Assembly (NCBI GenBank): GCA_964452165.1
Contig: CAYVKP010000001.1
Coordinates: 332,110-396,109 of the forward strand
Length of the DNA: 64,000 nt
Source of the DNA: an uncultured Gammaproteobacteria bacterium
GTDB taxonomy: Bacteria > Patescibacteriota > Microgenomatia > Levybacterales > GWA1-39-11
Reading direction: 5' to 3'
A program made the translations under genes and the position numbers. Positions 46,759 to 56,094 of the stretch are shown here, one piece after another. Position 1 is the stretch's first letter, and the number at the start of each line of letters is the position of its first letter. The notes beneath the pieces are model-generated. The model did not search any database. It was given only the letters and a program-made list of their open reading frames with translations, and had not been told where the DNA came from.

Positions 46759-48044
46759 AGGTAACTTTTATAGGGCACGGATACGTTGGACTTGTAACCG
46801 CAGCAGTTTTTGCTGATTTTGGGAACACAGTTTACGTAATAGGTCACACAAAAGAAAAGATTGAAAATCTTAAAAATGGAGTAATTCCAATTTATGAACC
46901 CGGTCTTGAAGAGCTTGTCAAAAAAAACGTCAAAGCAAAACGGTTAATTTTTACACTCGATTATGCTCCCGCGATTCCAGATTCGGACATAGTGTTTATT
47001 GCAGTAGGTACGCCCACCACAAAAACTGGAGACGCGGATCTATCAACCGTTCTATCAGTTGCTGAAAAAGTTGGTCAAAAGCTTGAGGGTTATACTGTTG
47101 TAGCAACTAAGAGCACCGTTCCTACGGGTACAAATAAAAAAGTAAGAAGAATTCTTGAGGAGACGAAACCGAAGGGCGCTGAAGTTGACTACGCCTCAGT
47201 ACCTGAATTCTTGCGTGAAGGAAGCGCAATTTCCGATACGACAAACCCTGACAGGGTAGTTATTGGCGCTGAGAAAAAGCGAGCTCAAGATGTTCTTGTC
47301 AAATTACATGAGCCGATTAATGCTCCAATAGTGTTAACAAATTTTGAGACAGCCGAATTAATAAAATATGCAGCAAATTCTTTCCTCGCACTTAAAATTT
47401 CTTATGCAAACGCCATCGCAAAACTGTCAGAGCTTTTGGGAGCCGACGCTTTGAAAGTCCTTGAAGGTATAGGAATGGATAAGCGAATTGGTAATATGTT
47501 CTTATCTCCAGGTCCAGGATATGGTGGAAGTTGTTTTCCAAAAGATGTGAAGGCGCTTATTTCAATTGCAAAAGACAATGATTACCCCTTTTCTTTACTT
47601 GAGGAGGTTGAGTTGATAAATCATCAATCAAGACGCGATGTAGTCAGAAAAGCGCGAAAACTTCTAGGAGAACTTCGAGGTAAGAAAATAGGAATTTTGG
47701 GCTTAGCGTTTAAGTCGAACACCGACGACATGAGAGATGCTCCGGCAATCGACATAATTAACTTGCTTCAAAACGATGGCGCAGAGATCACAGCCTTCGA
47801 TCCAAAAGCCATGGAAAGCTCAACGGCGGTTCTCAAAAACATAGGATACACAAAAGATGCTTATTCGGTTGCAGATAAAGCAGACCTCTTGATAGTTCTT
47901 ACTGAGTGGAATGAATTTAAAGAGCTCGATTTTGAAAAAATTAAAAAAAGCATGAAGACTCCAAATATTATAGATGGACGTAATCTTTACGACCCTGAGC
48001 AGTTGAGAAGCCAAGGATTCAACTACATGGGGATTGGAAGATGA
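46755..48044 (+). CDS. ugd: UDP-glucose 6-dehydrogenase family
   Basis: The protein has the N-terminal motif MKVTFIGHGYVGLVTAAVFA and the catalytic Cys region GGSCFPKD. Confidence 0.8.
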   Translation: MKVTFIGHGYVGLVTAAVFADFGNTVYVIGHTKEKIENLKNGVIPIYEPGLEELVKKNVKAKRLIFTLDYAPAIPDSDIVFIAVGTPTTKTGDADLSTVLSVAEKVGQKLEGYTVVATKSTVPTGTNKKVRRILEETKPKGAEVDYASVPEFLREGSAISDTTNPDRVVIGAEKKRAQDVLVKLHEPINAPIVLTNFETAELIKYAANSFLALKISYANAIAKLSELLGADALKVLEGIGMDKRIGNMFLSPGPGYGGSCFPKDVKALISIAKDNDYPFSLLEEVELINHQSRRDVVRKARKLLGELRGKKIGILGLAFKSNTDDMRDAPAIDIINLLQNDGAEITAFDPKAMESSTAVLKNIGYTKDAYSVADKADLLIVLTEWNEFKELDFEKIKKSMKTPNIIDGRNLYDPEQLRSQGFNYMGIGR

Positions 48045-48047
48045 GTT

Positions 48048-48998
48048 ATGAAAAAAGTACTAATTACCGGCGTAACAGGTTTTGCCGGTAGTTTTCTTGC
48101 AGAAAAACTTATTGCCTCAGGTCAATATGAAGTCTCCGGTACATATCTTACCGATGAGAGTCGGAAAAATGTATCTTCGGATAAGGTCAAACTCGTCAAA
48201 ATAGATCTTCAAAATTCGGAATCTGTTAAGGGTTTAATCTTGCAGGAGAAACCGGATCTAATATTCCACCTCGCAGCTCTTGCTTCCGCTGCTCAGAGTT
48301 TTAAAAATCCTTCAGAATTTATCAACAACAATATAGATGCGCAAGTTAATTTGCTGGAGGCGGTTCGAGCAGCCGATATCAAGCCCAGAATACTTATTGT
48401 CTCTTCAGCTGAAGTCTATGGAGATGTTAACCCCGGAGATTTACCCATTGATGAGGAGACTCCAATTCGTCCTGTGAATCCCTATGCAGTTTCAAAAGTT
48501 GCTCAAGACTTTTTGGGATTCCAATATTTTGCATCGTATAAAATCCCAATAATACGTGTTCGCCCATTTAATCATATTGGTCCTCGCCAATCGCCCTCTT
48601 TTGTTGTTGCGTCGTTTGCAAAGAAAATAGCTGATATTGAAAAGGGAAAGATTGAGCCGGTCCTTAAAGTCGGAAATTTGGCTGCAAAACGAGACTTTAC
48701 CGACGTCCGAGACATGGTTGATTCGTACGCTCAGATACTTGAAAAAGGCGAGTCCGGTGAAGTTTACAACATTGGTTCGGGTCGCTCGGTTCAAATAAAA
48801 GATATTTTAGATAAGTTATTATCGTTTTCAGATAAAGAGATAAAAGTTGAGGAAGATCCCGAGTTAATACGCCCAATTGATGTCCCAGAACTTGTCTGTG
48901 ACAGTTCAAAGATTGAAAAAACTACAGGTTGGAAACCAAAAATCGACATTGATACAACGCTCCGCGAAACCCTCGAATATTGGAGAAGTCAAGACTAA
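48048..48998 (+). CDS. NAD-dependent epimerase/dehydratase; GDP-4-dehydro-6-deoxy-D-mannose reductase (Rmd)-like
   Basis: The protein has GVTGFAGSFL, YAVSK, RPFNHIGPRQ and NIGSGRSVQIKD. It looks closest to Rmd among SDR sugar enzymes. The gmd gene lies nearby on the opposite strand. Confidence 0.55.
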   Translation: MKKVLITGVTGFAGSFLAEKLIASGQYEVSGTYLTDESRKNVSSDKVKLVKIDLQNSESVKGLILQEKPDLIFHLAALASAAQSFKNPSEFINNNIDAQVNLLEAVRAADIKPRILIVSSAEVYGDVNPGDLPIDEETPIRPVNPYAVSKVAQDFLGFQYFASYKIPIIRVRPFNHIGPRQSPSFVVASFAKKIADIEKGKIEPVLKVGNLAAKRDFTDVRDMVDSYAQILEKGESGEVYNIGSGRSVQIKDILDKLLSFSDKEIKVEEDPELIRPIDVPELVCDSSKIEKTTGWKPKIDIDTTLRETLEYWRSQD

Positions 48999-49549
48999 AA
49001 TTCTTTCCATTGTGATGGAAGTTCTGTGGAGAAATCAAGGCGAGACATTGTAGAATTGTTTGGTTCTTTGTCAATCAAGATCAAAATTGAAATTTCCTGA
49101 GGACCAGAGCCTTTGGAAAGAAGCAATCCAGACGTGTTGGTTAAATTGCCTTGTTCCATCAAGTCTGCCTTCCAACCCTTAGTTTCAAAATAAGTTTTAA
49201 GAATAGAAGCAGCCTTTTTCGGAGATCCCTTAAATTTAAATAGTCCATCATAGTCTTTGAATCTGGGTTCATATACCCGGGTGGGTAGCGCAGTGGGGTT
49301 TAGAGCTGTAGTAATTTTTGCCTCGTAGACTACGAAAACCTCTGGTAAGCGAATCGTTTGAGGCCAATCCTCGGGGTATGATGTGGGTTGCTCCGGAAAT
49401 TTGATTCTACTAACCCATCCGTCAGGTTTTGTATTTTTGTTGATTTGAATAGGCTGAGATACATCGGTAACTTTTGTTGAACGTAGATTTAAAAAAAATA
49501 CAGCCCCAAGTACACATGCAAATGCAATTATCGGAACTAATTTTCTCAT
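48995..49549 (-). CDS. Hypothetical membrane-anchored protein
   Basis: The protein has a TM helix (MRKLVPIIAFACVLGAVFFL) and lies downstream of gmd. The track start at 49582 would overlap gmd, so the in-frame ATG at 49549 is preferred. Confidence 0.35.
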   Translation of the reverse strand: MRKLVPIIAFACVLGAVFFLNLRSTKVTDVSQPIQINKNTKPDGWVSRIKFPEQPTSYPEDWPQTIRLPEVFVVYEAKITTALNPTALPTRVYEPRFKDYDGLFKFKGSPKKAASILKTYFETKGWKADLMEQGNLTNTSGLLLSKGSGPQEISILILIDKEPNNSTMSRLDFSTELPSQWKEF

Positions 49550-49553
49550 TGGT

Positions 49554-50558
49554 CTATTTAAATCTTTCGAGGTCGGCGTCAACCATGAGGTTCATGAGTT
49601 GTTCGAAGGATGTCTTTGGTTCCCAGCCGATTTCTCTTTTGGCCAACGAATAATCACCTTTCAAATCCTTAATTTCTGTTGGTCTGTGAAGTTTTTCGTT
49701 TGAATAAACGTGTTCTTTCCAATCCATTCCAACATGTTCAAATGCAATTCTGCAGGCGTCCTCGACTGTGTGCGATGTATTTGTTCCGATAATATAATCT
49801 TTCGGCTGGTCAGTTTGAAGCATAAGCCACATAGCCTCAACATATTCTTTTGCATATCCCCAATCGCGTGAGGCCTGAAGATTTCCAAGATGGACTTTTC
49901 CCTCGGCATCTACCAGCGGCTCACCAAGTTCGTTTAATGGTAACTTATTAACTCCGTTTTTAATGCATGCAACGGCTGCTGAAATTTTCCTTGTGACAAA
50001 GTGCATACTGCGTCTCGGCGATTCATGGTTAAATAAAATTCCACCACAAGCAAACATTCCATAAGATTCCCTGTAGCAACGAGTCATCATGTGGGCATAT
50101 GCCTTCGCAATTCCATAAGGATTGTTGGCGTCAATCAAAGTGTTTTCGTTTGCGCTTTCTGCTTCAATATTTCCATAGATCTCGCGGCTTGTCGCTTGAT
50201 ATACGCGCGCATCCGGAGCAAAGTGGCGGACCGCTTCAAAAACACGAACTGGACCAAGCGCGGTCACCTCGCCCGTATAGAAAGGCTGTGTCCAGCTGTC
50301 TCCCGGAACAGATTGGGCTGCAATATTATAAACTTCGTCAGGCCTATTTTTTCGAACCGCGTTTCCAATACTTTCCGAATCTATTAAATCAACTGCTTCA
50401 ATTTTAATTTTCCCGTAGAGATGGGAGATGTTCTCGTGATAAAAAGACGTTGTGTGTCTGACAGTACCGGTTACATCGTATCCTTTTTCAAGAAGAAGCT
50501 CTGCAAGGTAAGATCCATCTTGTGAGGAAGCTCCTATAATTAAAGCCTTTTTAGCCAT
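49554..50558 (-). CDS. gmd: GDP-mannose 4,6-dehydratase
   Basis: The N-terminal sequence MAKKALIIGASSQDGSYLAELLLEKGYDVTG is a near-identical pattern to the Gmd N-terminus. The protein is 334 aa. Confidence 0.85.
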   Translation of the reverse strand: MAKKALIIGASSQDGSYLAELLLEKGYDVTGTVRHTTSFYHENISHLYGKIKIEAVDLIDSESIGNAVRKNRPDEVYNIAAQSVPGDSWTQPFYTGEVTALGPVRVFEAVRHFAPDARVYQATSREIYGNIEAESANENTLIDANNPYGIAKAYAHMMTRCYRESYGMFACGGILFNHESPRRSMHFVTRKISAAVACIKNGVNKLPLNELGEPLVDAEGKVHLGNLQASRDWGYAKEYVEAMWLMLQTDQPKDYIIGTNTSHTVEDACRIAFEHVGMDWKEHVYSNEKLHRPTEIKDLKGDYSLAKREIGWEPKTSFEQLMNLMVDADLERFK

Positions 50559-50651
50559 TTATTGTTTAATTTTACATAAACCATGGTTTTTTCTCAATAG
50601 CCATGTAAGCCAAGCTTTAATCATTCAGTCCAAATTGGTACAATAAGAATA

Positions 50652-51605
50652 GTGAAAAGCTATATTGTTGCCGGCGGAGCCGGTTTCATTGGATCACACA
50701 TTTGTGAAAGACTTCTCTCACGAGACTCAAAAGTCTACTGCATAGATAATTTAATTACCGGAAACGAGAAAAACATCGCGCGTTTGCTTGAAGATGAGAA
50801 TTTTACATTTATAAATCAAGATATTACTCACGGAGAAATAGCGGCAAACGGTCAAATCGATGGAATTTTCCATCTTGCTTCTCCCGCCTCTCCAAATGCT
50901 AAAAGTTCAAAAAGTTACATTGCTCATCCCGTAGAAACTTTGCTTGTAAATTCTTTGGGAACAAAGAATTTATTGGACTGTGCGCTTAAAAATAAGTCTT
51001 CAATTGTTTTTGCGTCTTCATCAGAAGTTTACGGTGATCCAACGGTCTCACCCCAAAAAGAAGATTATTTTGGTAATGTAAATCCTAACGGCATACGCTC
51101 AGTTTACGATGAAGGTAAGAGGTTTGGAGAATCAATTTGTATGACTTACCATAGAAAATACGGAGTAGATGCTCGTATAGTCCGTATTTTCAATACGTAC
51201 GGAGCGCAAATGCAAAAAGACGACGGTCGAGTGGTCTCAAATTTTATTAACCAAGCCTTAGAGGGAAAAGACATAACAATTTATGGAGATGGTAGTCAAA
51301 CGAGAAGTTTTTGCTATGTAGACGATTTAGTCGACGGATTAATTCTGACCATGGAAGAGGCAAGTGCTCGTGGTAGAGTAATCAATCTGGGTAACGACGA
51401 CGAGCATAAAATAAATGAAATAGCCGAAATTATCAGGAAATTAACAGGTTCAGAATCAAAAATCGTAAACGAGGATTTACCCAAAGACGATCCTCACCAG
51501 AGAAGGCCTGATTTATCGCTTGCAAAGGAGCTTTTGGGCTATGAACCAAAAATAACGCTTGATGAAGGGCTAAAAAAAACTATAGAATACTTTAAAAGCA
51601 TATGA
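50652..51605 (+). CDS. UDP-glucuronate decarboxylase (UDP-xylose synthase family)
   Basis: The protein has a GTG start, GGAGFIGSH, VYDEGKRFGESIC, RIFNTYG and DGRVVSNFI, all characteristic of the UXS/ArnA-decarboxylase family. Confidence 0.75.
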   Translation: MKSYIVAGGAGFIGSHICERLLSRDSKVYCIDNLITGNEKNIARLLEDENFTFINQDITHGEIAANGQIDGIFHLASPASPNAKSSKSYIAHPVETLLVNSLGTKNLLDCALKNKSSIVFASSSEVYGDPTVSPQKEDYFGNVNPNGIRSVYDEGKRFGESICMTYHRKYGVDARIVRIFNTYGAQMQKDDGRVVSNFINQALEGKDITIYGDGSQTRSFCYVDDLVDGLILTMEEASARGRVINLGNDDEHKINEIAEIIRKLTGSESKIVNEDLPKDDPHQRRPDLSLAKELLGYEPKITLDEGLKKTIEYFKSI

Positions 51606-52726
51606 AAGCAGTTGTAATAATTCCAAGCTACAATGAACTTGAAAATATTAAAAAAATAATCCCGATTATTGAAGATGATGTATTTCCCAAAATAAAAGAC
51701 TACAAGATGGCAATTCTTGTAGCTGATGATAATTCGCCTGACGGTACTGCGGATGAAGTAAAAAAACTTGCCGCAAAATATAAAAACATTGAAATTTCAA
51801 GCGGCGAAAAAAATGGTTTGGGTGCGGCATATGTCAGAGCAATGACTTATGCGATTGAAAAAATGGATGCGGATGTCCTTTTTGAAATAGATGCGGATCT
51901 TCAGCATGATCCTCTTAAGATTCCCGAATTTTTAAAAAAAATTGATGAGGGTTACGACTTGGTAAACGGTACGCGCTACAGTGATGGAGGATCAATTCCT
52001 GCAAAGTGGCCGCTTATCAGAAAAATGTTTTCGATAGTTGCCAACCTATTCGTTCGCATCGTTTTTACTAAGTTTGCTATTCATGACTGGACGGGCGGAT
52101 ATAAAGCTGTCAAAAAAGAAGTTTTCCTTAAAGAAAAAAAAGAACTGACTAAATTTAACGGGTATATTTTTCAAATATCTTTTTTACAAAAGGCAGTGAG
52201 AGACGGATTCAAAATAGGAGAAGTTCCATTTAATTTTGGCGAAAGAAATGTGGGAGATTCCAAAATTGCACCCGTTGGCTACATTATGAATGTGGTTTTT
52301 TTCGTTTTGACAACAAGAATAAAAGAGTTGGCAACCGGATCTTTTGGCAAGTTTTTAGTGGTTGGAGGAATTGGTTTTGGTATAAATTATGCCGTTTTGA
52401 GAATTGGTTCAGACGCTTATCACCTTGATCATTCGGTAGCAAACTTAATAGGCGCGGCATGTGCAATTTTCTCAAACTACAATCTAAATAATCTTTGGAC
52501 TTTCAAAGAAAAAAGAGCTAAGACCTTCGGAGGGTATATTTTGAAGTTGATCCAGTTTTATGCAACCAGCGCGATAGGTGTAATTTTTATCCAGACAGGA
52601 ACAATATTTTTAGGGGATAAATTCTTCGGGGAAAAATACTACCAGATTTACTTTTTGGCAGGGACTGCGCTGCTTCTGATCTGGAATTTCACTGTTTACT
52701 CAAAATTCATTTGGAAAAATAAATAA
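51602..52726 (+). CDS. GT2 polyprenyl-phosphate glycosyltransferase (DPM1/ArnC-like) fused to a C-terminal GtrA-like membrane domain
   Basis: The N-terminal GT-A region has IIPSYNE, VADDNSPDGT and EIDADLQHDP. The C-terminal region (about 120 aa) has four TM helices and the GtrA-like sequence FLVVGGIGFGINYAVL. Confidence 0.7.
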   Translation: MKAVVIIPSYNELENIKKIIPIIEDDVFPKIKDYKMAILVADDNSPDGTADEVKKLAAKYKNIEISSGEKNGLGAAYVRAMTYAIEKMDADVLFEIDADLQHDPLKIPEFLKKIDEGYDLVNGTRYSDGGSIPAKWPLIRKMFSIVANLFVRIVFTKFAIHDWTGGYKAVKKEVFLKEKKELTKFNGYIFQISFLQKAVRDGFKIGEVPFNFGERNVGDSKIAPVGYIMNVVFFVLTTRIKELATGSFGKFLVVGGIGFGINYAVLRIGSDAYHLDHSVANLIGAACAIFSNYNLNNLWTFKEKRAKTFGGYILKLIQFYATSAIGVIFIQTGTIFLGDKFFGEKYYQIYFLAGTALLLIWNFTVYSKFIWKNK

Positions 52727-54273
52727 TGTCTCTTGTCAATTTTATTCGGAAGAACCACATTTTAATCGCCGTTGGAATAATTCTTCTAATCGCTGCATTT
52801 TTAAGAATACATAGAATTTCAGAATATTTAACTTTCTTAGGAGATGAAGGAAGAGACGTGTTGGTCGTCCGTGATATTTTGCACGGACACTTTACACTAT
52901 TGGGTCCTCGTGCATCGGCAGCGGATTTCTTTACTGGACCAATTTACTACTACATGATGGCTCCATTTTTATTCTTGTCAAATTACAATCCCGTGGGGCC
53001 AGCAATAATGATAGCCGTGCTTTCTGTTATAACGGTTTATCTAATATATAGGTTTGGTAAGGAGTGGTTTGGGCAAACTCCGGCATTAATCGCAGCTTTT
53101 CTTTACGCCATATCACCATTGGTAATTCAATATTCTAGATCTTCCTGGAACCCAAATCCCATGCCTTTCTTCTCCATGATTATGTTGTATATCTTGTATA
53201 AATCAATTCCAAAACCATCAATTCAAAAGTTCATTCTCCTTGGGTTTTTGTACGGAATAGCTTTCCAACTTCACTATATAGAAATTTTTCTTGGGATAAC
53301 AATCGCTTTCTATATGCTAATTGCAAACATCATGATCTCAAAAAAAGAACTATTTCTTAGATTGATAAAGCAGTATGCGAGCTTCGTGGCTGGTTTTGTT
53401 GTTGGCGTATCTCCTTTTTTGGCGTTTGAGGCAAGACATGGATTTCCAAACGTAAGAACAGTTATAGCATTTATTATTCATGGAGATACAAAACCAACCG
53501 ATATTGGCTACACAACGCTCACCCAGAATGTTCCCGATGTGTTTTTTAGACTATTTGCCCGCCTTCTAATGTATTTTCCTGAGGCTGGGAAGATCCGCCT
53601 TTATGATACTAACGTCATAATAATTTGGACCATCTTCACTATCATAGTCGCCGTGGCATCGGTTATTGCATTGATTAAGATAAAAAATGTTTTTGTCAGA
53701 CTGCTTTTTGGTTTGTGGCTTTTCTTCGGGGTTATTTTATTTGGGTTTTATCACAAGGCAATTTACGATTATTATTTTGAATTTATGTTCCCCTTGCCCT
53801 TCCTTCTATTTGGAAATTTACTGTCCTTTATTTCGGAAAAAAACCGAATTTTAAAATTTGTTGCAGTCGCCACTTTTGCCATAGTTTTGTACTTAAATTT
53901 CCTAGGTTATCCATTTAGATATCCGGGCAATAATCAATACGGGCAAGTTAAAAAAATATCAGAATTCATTTTAAACAAAGCTAATAATAAGCCTTTCAAT
54001 TTTGCTCTTCTGACTGGTGGAAATTCAGACCATGCATATCGCTATATTTTTGAGACCGAGGGAAAACCGCCGATTACTATTCAATACGCTGGTGTTGATC
54101 CACAAAGAAAAACCGTAACGGATCAACTATTTGTAGTTTGTGAAGATCTAAATTGCAAACCTGAAGGATCATCTCTTTGGGAGGTTGCCGGATTTGGAAG
54201 AGCAAAGATTGTAGACGAATGGCCCGTCTCAGTGTTAAAAGTCTATAAGCTTGAACACTATACCGGAAAGTAA
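52726..54273 (+). CDS. GT-C family glycosyltransferase (ArnT/PMT, GT83/GT39-like)
   Basis: The protein has about 11 TM helices. A DE motif in the first extracytoplasmic loop (FLGDEGRD) matches the GT-C catalytic motif. Confidence 0.65.
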   Translation: MSLVNFIRKNHILIAVGIILLIAAFLRIHRISEYLTFLGDEGRDVLVVRDILHGHFTLLGPRASAADFFTGPIYYYMMAPFLFLSNYNPVGPAIMIAVLSVITVYLIYRFGKEWFGQTPALIAAFLYAISPLVIQYSRSSWNPNPMPFFSMIMLYILYKSIPKPSIQKFILLGFLYGIAFQLHYIEIFLGITIAFYMLIANIMISKKELFLRLIKQYASFVAGFVVGVSPFLAFEARHGFPNVRTVIAFIIHGDTKPTDIGYTTLTQNVPDVFFRLFARLLMYFPEAGKIRLYDTNVIIIWTIFTIIVAVASVIALIKIKNVFVRLLFGLWLFFGVILFGFYHKAIYDYYFEFMFPLPFLLFGNLLSFISEKNRILKFVAVATFAIVLYLNFLGYPFRYPGNNQYGQVKKISEFILNKANNKPFNFALLTGGNSDHAYRYIFETEGKPPITIQYAGVDPQRKTVTDQLFVVCEDLNCKPEGSSLWEVAGFGRAKIVDEWPVSVLKVYKLEHYTGK

Positions 54274-54623
54274 TGTTTAAAAAAGGAAACGCATTTGAAG
54301 AGCAGGAAAGAGGAGGTTGGATTTATGGTTACTTTATGCCGGACAGCCTTGCAAAGGACAGCAGACTTGAAATAAAAATTGTAAAACTGGACAATAAATT
54401 TACCTCAAAACCCCATTCCAATAAAACCGCTACGAAAATTGACATAGTTTTTGGTGGGAGTGCCGTCTGGGAAGTTGACGGAGAAGAGATAGAGATGAAA
54501 GCGGGTGATTATCTAATAATACCCCCAAACGTTGTCACTGCCGTAAAAAAAGTTATAAGTGATGAACTGGTAGTTCAGAGAATAAGAGTTCCATCAAGTC
54601 CGAACGATAAAGTAAGTGTTTAA
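54273..54623 (+). CDS. Cupin-domain protein
   Basis: The 116 aa protein has a beta-rich cupin_2-like pattern (GDYLIIPPNVVTAV). Confidence 0.45.
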   Translation: MFKKGNAFEEQERGGWIYGYFMPDSLAKDSRLEIKIVKLDNKFTSKPHSNKTATKIDIVFGGSAVWEVDGEEIEMKAGDYLIIPPNVVTAVKKVISDELVVQRIRVPSSPNDKVSV

Positions 54624-54625
54624 TT

Positions 54626-55144
54626 ATGATAATTGATGATGAAATGGTAGATGTGGTCGATGAAAGGGGCAAGGTTCTTTATCCGGTTTTAAAAACAGAA
54701 GCACATCAAGAAGGACTTCTTCACAAAACAGTTATTGCGGGAGTTGTAAACTCGAAAGGACAAATAATGCTCGTAAAACAAGCCCCAGATAGGCAAGAAC
54801 CCGGGCAGTACGTAAGTCCTATGGGTGGACACGTTAGCGCCGGTGAAACAGAGACGGAAGCCTTAAAACGTGAGATTGAAGAGGAGCTTGGCTTTAAAGA
54901 TTTTGAACACAAAAAGATAGGAAAAATAATTTTCAACAGAGAAATTTTAAACCGAAAAGAAAATCATTATTTTATAGTCTACGAAATAACGGTTGATACT
55001 GATCCGGTTTTGGGTCCTGAGGCAGCCGGCTTTAAATGGTTTGAGATCGGAGAGTTGAAACGAGAACTACGTAGTAATCCGAAATATTTTGGAGATTCAT
55101 ATTTTTTTACTCTGAAAAAATTTTACCCGGAACTGCTGATTTAA
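54626..55144 (+). CDS. NUDIX hydrolase
   Basis: The Nudix box is GGHVSAGETETEALKREIEEELGF. An upstream ...HQEGLLHK segment is reminiscent of IDI-1/Nudix sugar hydrolases. Confidence 0.65.
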   Translation: MIIDDEMVDVVDERGKVLYPVLKTEAHQEGLLHKTVIAGVVNSKGQIMLVKQAPDRQEPGQYVSPMGGHVSAGETETEALKREIEEELGFKDFEHKKIGKIIFNREILNRKENHYFIVYEITVDTDPVLGPEAAGFKWFEIGELKRELRSNPKYFGDSYFFTLKKFYPELLI

Positions 55145-55174
55145 AGTGTTTTTTTGGTGTATAATACGCCTCAA

Positions 55175-56032
55175 ATGTCGGATTTGTTCTCGATTATTAC
55201 TCCCACTTATAATCGCGGGTATATTATTTGGAAAATTATCCAGGCCGTTCAGAAACAAGAACATCCCAATTGGGAGATGATTATCGTTGATGATGGATCG
55301 ACCGATAATACGGAGCAGGTAGTTGCTGAATTTCAAAAAGATCCTAGAATAAAATATTTCAAAAAGAAAAAAGAGGGAGCATCCGCTGCAAGAAATTTCG
55401 GTTTAAATAAATCAAAGGGGTCGATCACTACTTATATTGATAGTGATGATGTTGTTTATGAAAATTATCTATCGGTAGCGCGCGAATTCTTTAAGAAGAA
55501 TCCTAAAAAAATATTTGCAACCTGTAATTACAACCGCCGCTTAGAGCTTTACAAAGATTACAAATTAATTGACTTTATAAATTCTAGCTCGGCTCAGAGT
55601 CTGGATGTCAATTTGCAGGATTTTTATCACTGGAAAGTCAGAACTTGCGGCACGGGAATTTTTCACAAAAAAGTTAAGGGTTTGCGTTGGGACGGAAGTT
55701 TTAAAATGCTTGATGATTTGGATTTTATTCTGACACTTGGAAGAAAGTTTCCCAATGGCTATATTCACATACCCTTTGTTCTGTTTGAGTATTTGCAGAA
55801 GTACGGTGGAGATGGAATCTGCTCAAACACGTCCTACAGAGATCAAGGGAAGGCATTTGAGCAGATTTACAAGAAGCACAGGAATGATCCTCTTATGAAG
55901 GGGCAAACTTGGTATCCTGAAAGAGTTGAAAAATACAAAAAACTGCAAAAAGATCTTGAAGCGGGGTTTGCTCCTGACCCGATTTATAAATATTTTCCCA
56001 AATACTTTTCTCCCAAAGTAAAAACCCGATAA
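55175..56032 (+). CDS. Glycosyltransferase family 2
   Basis: The protein has FSIITPTYNRG, IIVDDGSTDNT and YIDSDD (the DxD motif). The ATG at 55175 is in frame with the track ORF at 55154. Confidence 0.75.
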   Translation: MSDLFSIITPTYNRGYIIWKIIQAVQKQEHPNWEMIIVDDGSTDNTEQVVAEFQKDPRIKYFKKKKEGASAARNFGLNKSKGSITTYIDSDDVVYENYLSVAREFFKKNPKKIFATCNYNRRLELYKDYKLIDFINSSSAQSLDVNLQDFYHWKVRTCGTGIFHKKVKGLRWDGSFKMLDDLDFILTLGRKFPNGYIHIPFVLFEYLQKYGGDGICSNTSYRDQGKAFEQIYKKHRNDPLMKGQTWYPERVEKYKKLQKDLEAGFAPDPIYKYFPKYFSPKVKTR

Positions 56033-56094
56033 GAGTAGGCTATTTTCAAGCAATACTGATAATCGGGTTTTAACTTTAGTGCCAAAGAGAGTTG

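Noticed and set aside
54273-54623. Cupin as the missing dTDP-4-dehydrorhamnose 3,5-epimerase (RmlC)
   Set aside because: It is too short at 116 aa, against about 180 for RmlC, and it lacks RmlC catalytic His/Tyr motifs. It is called a generic cupin.
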